DNA of 64,000 nt from positions 62,001 through 126,000 of the IMG/VR virus record IMGVR_UViG_3300025141_000016; one strand, given 5' to 3'. This document shows positions 1 to 10,041 of this stretch, piece after piece. The notes below the pieces were generated by a model. It did no database searches, had not been told where the DNA came from, and saw nothing but the letters and a program-made list of their open reading frames with translations. The position numbers were made by a program, and so were the translations under genes. Position 1 is the stretch's first letter; every line of letters begins with the position of its first letter.

Positions 1-1
1 C

Positions 2-2053
2 ACGGGCTACGTTTACGCCATCCCGATCTGCTTCATCTTCCGACGCAACGACGCGACTACTACCGGTGGCTTTGCGCCGGTAAACAACACCAATGGGGCT
101 CTCGCAGCCACCCATGCGCTCTACACCAACACCAACGGCATCGGGTCCATCCCGGTGGATACGTCCGACCGGCCTGACCGCAACTTCCATGACGCTATCG
201 TCAGGGGGGATCTTCTCGACCTACGGAGGCATGTCTCTCCCGGTGGTGTAGACCTCAAAGCCGAACTGGAATCCCAGATGACGGCGCTGCTTGACGGCAC
301 TACTCGTACCTGGGCCATCGACACCCAAGGGGTCACCGAACTTGGCGGGGGTTCCGGGGATGTGTCCTCGGTTTACCTCGTCTGCAACGAGATCGGAGAC
401 ACAGACACGGTGCGTGGGGAGACGATTGGGACTTGGGACCATATCCGTCGCCGCTTCGGTGACCAGTCAGTCGTGGAACGACGAATCTTCCCGATTATCC
501 CTACCGCTGCCTCTGCTGCCAATCCGGGCCTCTTTATGAACCCCAGTGCAGCGGGGTGGGCACAAGGGTCGGTAATCAACATCGACTTGGACAATCTCGA
601 TGCGACAGGTCTGGGGAACTGGGTTCCTACCGGGGCACCCGATTTCGTGACTAACCTGTGGCCTGTGGGAACCAAGATCACTAACGTCCTGGCGGTCACC
701 CACGATGACGGGAACTATGGGGCTCCCATTTCACAGGACGTAGAGATTGACCTCATTCAAGGGATGGGGACACCCCACATCCAGATCACTTTGGCCGAGA
801 ACATCCTCCAGGCCAACGGTGGGGTCAGTGGGGCAGCCAACTACGACCTATGCCCTCTTGCTGTGGGCACGTCCGCTCGACGCATCTATGTGGAGTTGGA
901 GATCACCTATCCCGTTGGTTCCGGCTCCTCCGCAACCCCCGATGAGGTCATTTCGGCAGACCCGACCGTGACGATCTACCATGGCGCAGGCTTGGAGAAC
1001 GACACTTCCAAGCGACCTACCGATTGGGAAGACCTCATGGACCCGCAGTTCCGTACAGGGAAGCGGGAACTGGGGATGGAGTATGTGGCCAATGATGGGT
1101 TGACTGTTCCAGCTTCGGGGGATCCAATCTCTGACTCGGTGGTGAGCCAGACCGCTCTCCTATTGGAACTCCCTCGACGTTTGAACGGCAACAAGAGTGC
1201 CCTTACGACGGTCACCGAGGTCGGTAATCCTGGCCCTGCCATCAACCATCTGGTGGACGTAACCAGCACTTACTGGGGATCATCTTCCCGGCTCTTGCAA
1301 GTCCAGGCTGGCCTCACGGCAGCCCAGAGCCTCTGCAACATCGAATACTTTGCCCAAGATCCGGTCCCGAACTTCAGTAGCCCTGGCCCGCGCTATCAGG
1401 TCAGTGTTTATTACCGCTCCAATGCCCCCCAGACGGTAGGCGTGCAGGCGGGCGCTCCGGCGAGTATCCCACTTCCTGACCCGCTGACCCTACGTCCCCT
1501 GGTCATGTCTCGTGACCTGTGGACCGATACCGTTTCGGTGGGGTCCGTTGACCTGCCGTACCCCTACAACAACCCGTCCGACCAGATCGCGGTAAACGCA
1601 GACCTGACGACGGGGGGCTCTCCCGCCTTTCCGGGGGAATGGGCCTTGATGAGTCTCGCCAAGATCAGCGTCGGTGACTTCGACGCGGAGACAGGGCTTC
1701 TCAACCTTCACCAGATGGTTCCCGTTGACCCCAACACTGATTTGGCCTTCTCCAACTTGGACTGGGATACGGATTTCCGAGCCCACTACAAGTCTGGGGA
1801 TCCCACCGCTTACCGACCGACTGCTATGGCACAGCCCTTGTCAGGGGTGGCTACCCACAAGGTTTGGTTCCCCTTCCTCGCGCAAGCCACCGTGGACACG
1901 GTGTACTTCCGCAAGGGAGAGGTTCTTCTCGTGGTAGTCAGTCGATACGCCCTATTAGATGGAGACAACGTGGTTCGGTTTACCAGCACCGACAACGAGA
2001 CTTGCGCGGCGGTGTACCGCACTCGTGGTCTTCTCCTGTTGGCCTCGGAGTGA
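2..2053 (+). CDS. Large virion structural protein (5'-truncated), paralog of 10042..15378
   Basis: The frame is open from base 2 (GYVYAIPICFIFRRN...RPDRNFHDAI...DLLDLRR). This matches GYSYAIPVCAIFRRN...RPDGRYADEI...DILDLRR in 10042..15378. T/G/S/D-rich and lies upstream of the tail spike. Confidence 0.7.
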   Translation, partial: TGYVYAIPICFIFRRNDATTTGGFAPVNNTNGALAATHALYTNTNGIGSIPVDTSDRPDRNFHDAIVRGDLLDLRRHVSPGGVDLKAELESQMTALLDGTTRTWAIDTQGVTELGGGSGDVSSVYLVCNEIGDTDTVRGETIGTWDHIRRRFGDQSVVERRIFPIIPTAASAANPGLFMNPSAAGWAQGSVINIDLDNLDATGLGNWVPTGAPDFVTNLWPVGTKITNVLAVTHDDGNYGAPISQDVEIDLIQGMGTPHIQITLAENILQANGGVSGAANYDLCPLAVGTSARRIYVELEITYPVGSGSSATPDEVISADPTVTIYHGAGLENDTSKRPTDWEDLMDPQFRTGKRELGMEYVANDGLTVPASGDPISDSVVSQTALLLELPRRLNGNKSALTTVTEVGNPGPAINHLVDVTSTYWGSSSRLLQVQAGLTAAQSLCNIEYFAQDPVPNFSSPGPRYQVSVYYRSNAPQTVGVQAGAPASIPLPDPLTLRPLVMSRDLWTDTVSVGSVDLPYPYNNPSDQIAVNADLTTGGSPAFPGEWALMSLAKISVGDFDAETGLLNLHQMVPVDPNTDLAFSNLDWDTDFRAHYKSGDPTAYRPTAMAQPLSGVATHKVWFPFLAQATVDTVYFRKGEVLLVVVSRYALLDGDNVVRFTSTDNETCAAVYRTRGLLLLASE

Positions 2054-2056
2054 TCA

Positions 2057-5000
2057 ATGCCTCGTAAAGTAGACCCAGGACAGATTGCCGTTGGAAAGGG
2101 CCTCGCTCCCGAGGGAACCGTCGAGGACAACTCGTTCCGGTATCCCGAGCGAGATGCAGACCCTCTCCGCGTTCATATCCATGACCCCAGCCGCGCCCAC
2201 ATGGCTTCTTCCATTGGGATCGTGGATGAGGCAGATTGCTACATTTCCGATGAGGTCGAAGGCGCACTCCAAGAACTTTGTGGAGGCTACTCCGCAGGAC
2301 GGCTCAACGGACTCATCCGAGGCGGTCTTTTCAATGAGGTCAAGGCTGGGCTTCCCACAGGGGGAACCACACTGACCCTGGAAACCACCACCGAGATTGC
2401 CATCGGGGGACACGTCTTTGACGCGAGTGGGCTGACGATCACGTTGCCTACAGGGGCGAATGACTACTTCGTCTACTGCGACACCTACTCCGGCAGCCCG
2501 GACTATCGCACCCTCCAGTACACCACGGGGGCTCCCCCCCAGGTCGAGAGTGATTCACCCGAGATCGAACATGTGATGCTGGCGAAGATCACTGTCGCAG
2601 GTGGGGTCATTACGGCCTACCAAGACGCTCGTTTCTTCGTGCGGAACCTTGACCGGAAGGTGCTCTACTCCTCTCGTCAAGGCGAGAATGTCGATGCGTG
2701 GTCAGAGGGGTGTTTCGCCACTCTGAACGCGGCGATGTTCTGGATGGAGTTCTATGGGGACACCGGCACCTCCGAGGAGGAGAAAGGAACCATTCTCGTG
2801 CGTGGGCTCCATGAACTGGAAGCTACCTTGGTGGTTCCTTCCGAGCATGTGGAGTTTGTCGGGGATGGTGAAGGAATCATCCGTGCCAAGGCTGGGTTCG
2901 TGGGCTCGCAACTCATCGAGATCCCCAACGCAGTGGATGGTGGGCACGTTTCCTTCCGCAACATCACCTTCCAGACAGATGTGGCTGGTATCCAAGGGAT
3001 CTATGCGGATGGAGTAGGGGATCTGGGGAAGGTCCGTATCGACTCATGCCTTTTCGACATCTACAACGCCAAGACGTTCACGAAGGCTATTGTGCTGCGG
3101 TCTACCGGTCCCCACGGGGTCACGCAGTTCTGGATGAACAACACCATCGTCAACGCCACCATCACTGGGCTGGAGTTGCGCCAACCTCGTCGGGCAGAGG
3201 TGCTTGGGTGTACCTTTGTCGGTCCTGGCTCCGCTGCGGCGGGCATCCAGGGAATCTGGGCCTGGGAGGGCCAGAACCTCGTCATTTCCGGTTGCACGAT
3301 GGAGGATTGGTCCGATGGGATCTTCCTGGCCCAAAGCCTGACGGACGTTCGCATCGAGACAACCCGCATCGAGAAGTGTGCTAACGGCATCAAGTACGAT
3401 GCGGGCGGGATTGGCCAGGACATTCAGATTTCAGATTGCGTCATCGAACTCGATGACAATGACGCGGTAGCGGGCATCTGGATGGATGATGTGAAGCGGG
3501 TTGGGATCTCCAACACTCACATCAGGGCGATCCGAAACAACTGGGGTGGTGGGTTCAACCCCTATGGCATCGTCGTTGGAGCCTTGACTGGAGTCCCTGC
3601 GTCAGCGGCTACCCAACTGGACTTGCAGATCACGGGTTGCTACATCGAGGGGTTCTTGAATGAGGCAGATCCCGATCTCGGGAAGGGAATCTACGTCGCG
3701 GGAACCCCCACTGCTTGGGCGGTGAACACGACCATCACAGGTAACGTGCTGAACGGGAACACCCTGACGGTTTACTATGCGGAGAACACGACCATCACAG
3801 GCAACACCTTTGATGGTCCTTCCGTCGGTCCCAGTGCGGCCCCTCTCATCAATCTGGTGGGAGCATCCCACTCCACCATCACCGGAAACACCGTGCGCGG
3901 AAGGGGAAAATCCACGACCGGTATCTACGTTGGTGAGTTTCTTGCGGACAATACTCCCTCTACGAACGTGACCATTAGCGGGAACACCATCCAGGCCACC
4001 ACCCTTGCAGGTATCGAGTTGGAGAACACGGTCAGCGACTTCACGGTGTCTGACAACACGATTGACCTCTTCCTCGCGGGTGACCCAGCGGCGTATGGGG
4101 GAGCACTTATCGTGCTCTCCAACTCTACTACCGTGAATCCTCCGAGTCGGGGAACGATCACTGGAAACACTGGTTACAGGGCTCAAAACGGAATCCTCGC
4201 CAGAGGAGAGGAGACGAATGAGGGCTCCCACCTGCTGATTGCTCACAACGTCATGGCGAACATCGCCAACGACGCTGCTCTCGTGGCCGATAGCTTTTCT
4301 GGTTCCATTGGCATCGGCATCGAGTGGTACAAGAAGTGTACGATTCAAGGCAACAAGTTGGACGGGATCGGGGCTTCCCCCGGTCTGGCTTTGACGGACG
4401 TACACCCACGTCCCATCCTGGCAGTCGATTGTGAGGTGTTGACCATCGAGTCCAACATGAGCACTGGTTGTATCACGCAAGGAGTTGGGGAAGCCGAGAG
4501 CATCAGCGTCTATACCGTCAACGACACGGTGGGGATCGAGAGATCCAACTTCAACATCGTGGGCAACGTGCTTCAAACGGGGGCGCTTACCGACTCCTTC
4601 GGCATCAACTTCTTGGTGAAGCGCCTCGTTGGGGACAGCCCCATGAGGGTGCGGAATGTCCTGATCGCAGACAATACCATTACGAGAGTGGGGGGGAATC
4701 TCGTAGAGGGCATCCGTGTGGGCCTCTTCAGTTGTGCGGACATGTTTGACCTCACCGTTCGCGACAACATCGTGAACCACTATCTGTTGAGCGGGATTGA
4801 CATTCAGATTATTGCCGATGCCGTAGTAGGTTTTGTGATGCTCGACTCTTTCCGGGTGGTTGGGAACACCCTTCACGGGGCAGACCCCGGAGACAGCTAC
4901 ACACAGCGTTGCCTCTGGGTGAAGGCCGATTCCAGCGCCACGGCGGCGTGCGCTGTTGTGGACGGGAGCGTCAGTTCCAACAAGATCATCGGCGGCTTTG

Positions 5001-7723
5001 ACTTTGGTGTCTACTTGGACTTCAACGGTCTTGGCGGGGTGGGCACCGAACTGGCGGCGGCCAACATCTACGTCAACGACAACGAGATCAGTGAACTGGA
5101 ACTCTCGGTTGGCCAACCCTACACCAATGGGATCTACGTCAGGGGAACGGGAGCCCGAAACGCATGGTGGCCCTCCGGCCTTATCAACTTCCAGATCAGC
5201 CGGAACACCATGAGAAACTGGAATCTGGGCACTCTCTCCCAAGGGATTCGGTGGATCACTGGCGGGATGCCCGTGAACATCCTCAATGTCGATAACAACG
5301 TCATCGTGGGCGAAGGGACGGACTCCTATCCCGCTATCGTGTACTTCTCCGCTGATGCTACATCGGAAGCCTCCGTAGGGGCATGGACGCAAGTCTCGAT
5401 CTCTGGGAACGAGATCATCTCGTCCAAATCGGGGAGTGTGCGGGATGTGGTGGTCATGGACTTCGCTGACTTCCAGTTGGAGAAGTTGAAGGTTGTTTCC
5501 AACACGTTGCAGGCTACCGGGGTCGTGAACCGAGATGGGTACGGCCTTATCGTCAGGTCCGAGTACAAGAACAGCAGCGACAACTCGGTAAGCGACGTTA
5601 TCGTGGACGGGAACGCCATGGTAGGTGGGGTGCTCTTTCACAACTCCGGTGCTTCGCTCTCGGACTGCTCCGTCAGCAACAACCATATCACTTGCGTATC
5701 TGCGGATACGGGCCACAACCCTGTCCGGTTCGACATGGATGGCTTCGGGGTTCAGCCTGTCCTGTTTGGCATCCAAGTCCAGGGGAACACCCTCATCGGG
5801 GGAGCCACTGGTTGCCTGATCAAACCTGTAAGTAGCGTCCAGTATGTGAAGGATGTTGCCATCAAGGACAACATCATTTCCGGGGGCTTCTACTCGGCTT
5901 TCTACCTTGACGCGAGCAACGCCAGCGCCGTGGGTGAGATCCGTAGCTTGTCCGTCTCGGGGAACCAGATTTACACCACTCCGCGTGGGATCATGGCCCA
6001 TGTGTATGAAGCCACCATCGCTGGTTTGACCATCAGGGACAACGAACTCCGCGAAATGGGGGAACAAGGTATCGTCTGCCTCTTGGGTGGCGACAGCGCA
6101 ACTGACTCGGCAGCCAATGTCCTCATCGACGGGAACACCATCTTCAACGTGACGGCAACTTCGGGTGAGCCGGTGATTGAACTTGGGATGCACGTCCCCG
6201 CACCGGGGAACCCTGGTGACGCGAAGAACTTTTCGGTGAGCCGCAACACCATCGCCCAGGTGGGGCCAAGAGACAATGGGCTCACCTACATCTTCGTGGA
6301 CGCGGCTGGCTGGGACAACTCCCACAATGTTCGCATCTGCGACAACAACCTCATGGGCGACCCCAATGAGAAGGACGGGATGAATACGGGCATCTATGTG
6401 GCCGTCGCCCCGGTCAACTTCAATACCCATGTGGATAGGAACCAGATCCAGGCGGCCAGTCGGAAAGGAATCTACATGGCGAGTGGGGGAGACAGCCGCG
6501 TCTGGAGTGTGTCGAACAACAACGTCACGAACATCTCAGATTCCGTGCAGCACGGTGTCCACATCGAGGTTTCGGGCGACCATATTGAGCAGTGGCGCGT
6601 CAACGACAACGTAGTACGCCATGTTCCCGCGTCTGCCGGGTTGTCTTCCACCGAGGGCATCTTCGTGAAGCAGACGGGACAGGCGGGTCAGTGGGTGGAG
6701 GGGTCGATCTCTCGCAACAACATCGACAACTACGGTTACGGTATCCGTGCCGATGCTGACAACCCTACTGCATTTATGAAGCAGATGGCCGTTGACGACA
6801 ACCTCATCGGCGGCCATCGAACGGTGTCTGATCAAAACGTCATCGAAGCCATGATGTATGGCATCCATATCGTCGCCACAGAGTTCCTTTTCCTCATCCC
6901 AACCCTCCCCATCAGTGGCGAGTCCATCTTGGGGTTGAGTGTGTGCCGCAACCAGATCAACTCTCCGGCTATCGGGACAAACAACGACCCTGGTTCGGGG
7001 GTTCTGGTGGTGGGTGGTTTTCTGGCCAACAGTGAAGTCTGTCGGATGGTCAACATTTCTGACAACAAGGTCTACCAGACCGACACCTCGTATGACACGA
7101 AGAGTTCGGGAATCATCACCTATTTCCTGGCAGACAACAATGTTTCCGAAATCTCTGTGGACAGGAACCAGATTCGGAACATCTCCGAGTATGGGGTCTT
7201 CACCATCGGTAGGTGTGCCTGGGATAACGCATCAGCGTGCTCGTTGTGGTCGGTGTCTGGCAACCAAGTTCAGGCGAGTGCTTCCTTTATGACTGACATC
7301 GCGGACAACGATGAGCCTTTCTGCAACATTGGGATTGCTTTCCCTGGAGCGCAAGGCAACGAATCCACGGTGAAGGATGTGCGTGTCGTGGGCAACCAGA
7401 GTGTTGTGTATCTGGCGGGTGAACACTGCAACTACTACTTCGGGCTCGCCAAGGATGATTTACCGGGACCGTCAACAGGTTGGTGGGTTTGCGACAACGA
7501 CGCACGAGGGGGCACACTCACCTATAGCGTCGTGACAGACGGCAAGTGTGGACAGAACGCCGCTTGGCCGTTGGTGAACACTTGGGCGGGCGTAGGTGAG
7601 CCCACTCACAAGACCGTCCATGACAATCGCTGTGAGGACACGGGGAATGACGATAACTGGCTGGCTGGTGTCTCGTGGCAAGGCGCAACCGCCGACAACA
7701 CCCACCATAACAGCAACTACTGA
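2057..7723 (+). CDS. Tail spike/fibre with extensive right-handed parallel beta-helix repeats
   Basis: 1888 aa with dozens of I-x-G/D/N-N-x-I repeats (ITGNT, VSDNTI, ISGNEI). The N-terminal HIHDPSRAHMASSI...VEGALQEL segment is typical of phage fibre attachment regions. Confidence 0.8.
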   Translation: MPRKVDPGQIAVGKGLAPEGTVEDNSFRYPERDADPLRVHIHDPSRAHMASSIGIVDEADCYISDEVEGALQELCGGYSAGRLNGLIRGGLFNEVKAGLPTGGTTLTLETTTEIAIGGHVFDASGLTITLPTGANDYFVYCDTYSGSPDYRTLQYTTGAPPQVESDSPEIEHVMLAKITVAGGVITAYQDARFFVRNLDRKVLYSSRQGENVDAWSEGCFATLNAAMFWMEFYGDTGTSEEEKGTILVRGLHELEATLVVPSEHVEFVGDGEGIIRAKAGFVGSQLIEIPNAVDGGHVSFRNITFQTDVAGIQGIYADGVGDLGKVRIDSCLFDIYNAKTFTKAIVLRSTGPHGVTQFWMNNTIVNATITGLELRQPRRAEVLGCTFVGPGSAAAGIQGIWAWEGQNLVISGCTMEDWSDGIFLAQSLTDVRIETTRIEKCANGIKYDAGGIGQDIQISDCVIELDDNDAVAGIWMDDVKRVGISNTHIRAIRNNWGGGFNPYGIVVGALTGVPASAATQLDLQITGCYIEGFLNEADPDLGKGIYVAGTPTAWAVNTTITGNVLNGNTLTVYYAENTTITGNTFDGPSVGPSAAPLINLVGASHSTITGNTVRGRGKSTTGIYVGEFLADNTPSTNVTISGNTIQATTLAGIELENTVSDFTVSDNTIDLFLAGDPAAYGGALIVLSNSTTVNPPSRGTITGNTGYRAQNGILARGEETNEGSHLLIAHNVMANIANDAALVADSFSGSIGIGIEWYKKCTIQGNKLDGIGASPGLALTDVHPRPILAVDCEVLTIESNMSTGCITQGVGEAESISVYTVNDTVGIERSNFNIVGNVLQTGALTDSFGINFLVKRLVGDSPMRVRNVLIADNTITRVGGNLVEGIRVGLFSCADMFDLTVRDNIVNHYLLSGIDIQIIADAVVGFVMLDSFRVVGNTLHGADPGDSYTQRCLWVKADSSATAACAVVDGSVSSNKIIGGFDFGVYLDFNGLGGVGTELAAANIYVNDNEISELELSVGQPYTNGIYVRGTGARNAWWPSGLINFQISRNTMRNWNLGTLSQGIRWITGGMPVNILNVDNNVIVGEGTDSYPAIVYFSADATSEASVGAWTQVSISGNEIISSKSGSVRDVVVMDFADFQLEKLKVVSNTLQATGVVNRDGYGLIVRSEYKNSSDNSVSDVIVDGNAMVGGVLFHNSGASLSDCSVSNNHITCVSADTGHNPVRFDMDGFGVQPVLFGIQVQGNTLIGGATGCLIKPVSSVQYVKDVAIKDNIISGGFYSAFYLDASNASAVGEIRSLSVSGNQIYTTPRGIMAHVYEATIAGLTIRDNELREMGEQGIVCLLGGDSATDSAANVLIDGNTIFNVTATSGEPVIELGMHVPAPGNPGDAKNFSVSRNTIAQVGPRDNGLTYIFVDAAGWDNSHNVRICDNNLMGDPNEKDGMNTGIYVAVAPVNFNTHVDRNQIQAASRKGIYMASGGDSRVWSVSNNNVTNISDSVQHGVHIEVSGDHIEQWRVNDNVVRHVPASAGLSSTEGIFVKQTGQAGQWVEGSISRNNIDNYGYGIRADADNPTAFMKQMAVDDNLIGGHRTVSDQNVIEAMMYGIHIVATEFLFLIPTLPISGESILGLSVCRNQINSPAIGTNNDPGSGVLVVGGFLANSEVCRMVNISDNKVYQTDTSYDTKSSGIITYFLADNNVSEISVDRNQIRNISEYGVFTIGRCAWDNASACSLWSVSGNQVQASASFMTDIADNDEPFCNIGIAFPGAQGNESTVKDVRVVGNQSVVYLAGEHCNYYFGLAKDDLPGPSTGWWVCDNDARGGTLTYSVVTDGKCGQNAAWPLVNTWAGVGEPTHKTVHDNRCEDTGNDDNWLAGVSWQGATADNTHHNSNY

Positions 7724-7734
7724 TAGGAGGGGAC

Positions 7735-8628
7735 ATGCTGTCGGTCGAAGAAACAGTCCTGAAATACATCGCCATTCAAGACAAACCCTACGCTGCCGGG
7801 GATCCTCGGCTCACAGGTTGGGAAAAGGAATGGGACGAGGCAGAAGTGACCGCCATCTACAACGGGGTCATCTCCCTCATCCCGGCTGGGGTCACCAAGG
7901 TTTTGGAGATCGGTTGTGGCGACGGCGAGTTGGGGCACCTCTTGGCAGCCGCAAAGCCTGGGGTGCAGTACGAAGGGTTGGAACTCTCTCTGGAGTTGGC
8001 CGAACAGGCAGCGGTGACCCAGAACGCCGTCACCCTCTCTATCGAAGCCGCAAACCTCTGGGAGTATCTGACGGAAGTGGCGGGGGACTGGGACTTCATC
8101 GTATCCGTGCGCTGTCTTTTCGATGACACCGCTTACGTTGGTGACCGTGAACTCATCCAACTGATTGACTCCAAGGCCCCCAAGGGTTTCATCATCGTTG
8201 CCCCAAAAACACGACTGGAACACCCAAGTCTCCAGAGTCGCCTTGCGGGCTATGTGACCTCCAACTCCACTGGGGTCACGGGGTCGTACTTCAACGGAAC
8301 GCCCCCCGCAGCTTTGGATTCCTCGGTCCTCAAAACCGACCTCTCCCACATCAGCATCTTTCGCACCTCTACTACCACCACCACGCCAGTCGCGAACCCA
8401 CGGTGGCAGGTGGTCCAGAATGACAAGTTTGAGGCTGCCCGAGCCCGAGGGAAAGTGTCGGTGGAAGCCGAGAAAGGCGTGGCCTCCACCGTGGACTACA
8501 AGGGCATCGCGAAGACGGGGGGGAGGATTACCGGCACCTCGATCAAAGCGATTGGCACGGCTCCGGCCTCGGCCAAGATCGCAGAGCATCAGGCCAAGCG
8601 GAACTTGAAGCACAGCAAGAAGGAATAG
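7735..8628 (+). CDS. Class I SAM-dependent methyltransferase domain protein
   Basis: Motif I VLEIGCGDG, acidic GLELS, WDFIVS; AGGAGG RBS. Confidence 0.75.
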   Translation: MLSVEETVLKYIAIQDKPYAAGDPRLTGWEKEWDEAEVTAIYNGVISLIPAGVTKVLEIGCGDGELGHLLAAAKPGVQYEGLELSLELAEQAAVTQNAVTLSIEAANLWEYLTEVAGDWDFIVSVRCLFDDTAYVGDRELIQLIDSKAPKGFIIVAPKTRLEHPSLQSRLAGYVTSNSTGVTGSYFNGTPPAALDSSVLKTDLSHISIFRTSTTTTTPVANPRWQVVQNDKFEAARARGKVSVEAEKGVASTVDYKGIAKTGGRITGTSIKAIGTAPASAKIAEHQAKRNLKHSKKE

Positions 8629-8631
8629 GAC

Positions 8632-9798
8632 ATGCGGATCTTTACTGACATAGCCAGTCACGACACCACGGCGGTTGATCCCGGTGGCCGGATCGTTCGC
8701 ACTGATTCGACACCAGAGTTCGGTTCGTCTACCACGACGAATGGGCAGTTCATCTTTCAGGTGCCGGAAGGGGCCGCTCTTACCATCGACGCAGACTCTT
8801 TCTACTTCCCGCAAGAGGACATCAACTCCATCTCGTCGCGGACGGGTGCCGAGTTCCTTATCCGCTACCCGATGTATGAGCACATCCTCTACAACTTCTA
8901 CTTGGACAACGAAGACCCCGCGACGTTCTCGTTGACGGTCCCGACTCCGCAGCCAACCACCACCAATACCACCCCCGTCCTTCCTACGAGCCTCATACCG
9001 CTGAACAATGCCGCCCCACGCTGCCAGATGGGCCGTGCTGCTGCCGCACCCGTGGGGATGGTGCCGAACTCGATGGCGATCCTTCCTCGGTCAATGACCC
9101 GTGCCTCCCCTGTCTACGGGTCACTCGTTACCGAGGTGATCGACCTCTGGCCTTACAACCCTTTCTACATCGACGTGACGGCTTCACCACCGGCAGCATC
9201 CACGATCTCGATTGCGGGGTTCCCTCTTGCGGCGGTAGCTGGGGTTCGCACTCCGGGTTCCGATAACTACAACAACGCCGCCCCAACGAGTGCCATCGCG
9301 CTTGACATTGTGGCTGCTATCAATGACGGGGCCAACTCGTTCTCGACCTTCGTGCTGGCTACGATTGACCCCGTGGTCAACACCCGAGTCCAGTTGCGAC
9401 CTATCCCATCCACGTCAACGATAGTGACGTTGGGAGCAGCACCCGCTGGCCTGTCCACGGTCGTCAGCCACCCCGGCACCGATGAAGTGATGATGTGGTG
9501 GAAGGTGGCTCGGATGAACACCTCCGCAGATCAGGTATCCGCCAGCCAAGGGCCGTCAGCGGGTGAGAACACCCCTGCTCTCGTGAGCCTGCAAGAAATC
9601 GACCGCGAAGATGCCTCGTTGCTGGTCTACGCGAGCGTAGACGACGGGGTGTCTTGGTATCGCATCCCATATTTGGAGCCCATCGACCTCATCAATGCGG
9701 GGACTGAACTCCGTATTGCTTTTCTCAACACCGGGGAGGACAAGATTTACGTTTTGGGCTTCTGTGTCCTCTTCCCCGACCTCTTGGCCCCCCTCTAA
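8632..9798 (+). CDS. Putative virion structural protein
   Basis: 388 aa, T/P/A/S-rich. ALDIVAAIND resembles ATNIAAALND/AQSITDAIND in 59797..61896. Lies in the structural operon. Confidence 0.55.
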   Translation: MRIFTDIASHDTTAVDPGGRIVRTDSTPEFGSSTTTNGQFIFQVPEGAALTIDADSFYFPQEDINSISSRTGAEFLIRYPMYEHILYNFYLDNEDPATFSLTVPTPQPTTTNTTPVLPTSLIPLNNAAPRCQMGRAAAAPVGMVPNSMAILPRSMTRASPVYGSLVTEVIDLWPYNPFYIDVTASPPAASTISIAGFPLAAVAGVRTPGSDNYNNAAPTSAIALDIVAAINDGANSFSTFVLATIDPVVNTRVQLRPIPSTSTIVTLGAAPAGLSTVVSHPGTDEVMMWWKVARMNTSADQVSASQGPSAGENTPALVSLQEIDREDASLLVYASVDDGVSWYRIPYLEPIDLINAGTELRIAFLNTGEDKIYVLGFCVLFPDLLAPL

Positions 9799-9801
9799 CC
9801 C

Positions 9802-9969
9802 ATGCGCCACCTCTCTATCCATGACCTCCAAGGGGATACACACCGTCGTTGGGCAGATGCCCGCAAGGGGATGTATCGCCAGATTCTACGGGATCCGTCC
9901 GTTTCGGACCATCAGAAAGAAACGGCACGACGCAAGCTGGCAGAGATTGATGCACCCCGTCGCCGGTAG
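9802..9969 (+). CDS. Small hypothetical protein (55 aa, MRHLSIHDLQGD...)
   Basis: Translated by eye (below the ORF-track cutoff). Fills the gap just after the 9798 stop. Confidence 0.45.
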   Translation: MRHLSIHDLQGDTHRRWADARKGMYRQILRDPSVSDHQKETARRKLAEIDAPRRR

Positions 9970-9978
9970 TCCGGCTAT
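9964..9978 (+). promoter_or_regulatory. Class L (putative late) motif CGGTAG-N5-CTAT
   Basis: CGGTAGtccggCTAT upstream of 10042; the motif recurs about 12 times. Confidence 0.6.
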
Positions 9979-10041
9979 GAGCCCTCCGGGGGTAAGGGTG
10001 AGGCACGCCTCGGCTCGGCATCATCTTCGGAGATAAAGATC

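Noticed and set aside
3602-6430. 942-aa minus-strand ORF, and other long antisense ORFs such as 52454..53944, 47599..48759, 7717..8883 and 34521..35675
   Set aside because: These are shadow frames opposite well-supported + strand genes in GC-rich DNA, with no recognisable motifs.
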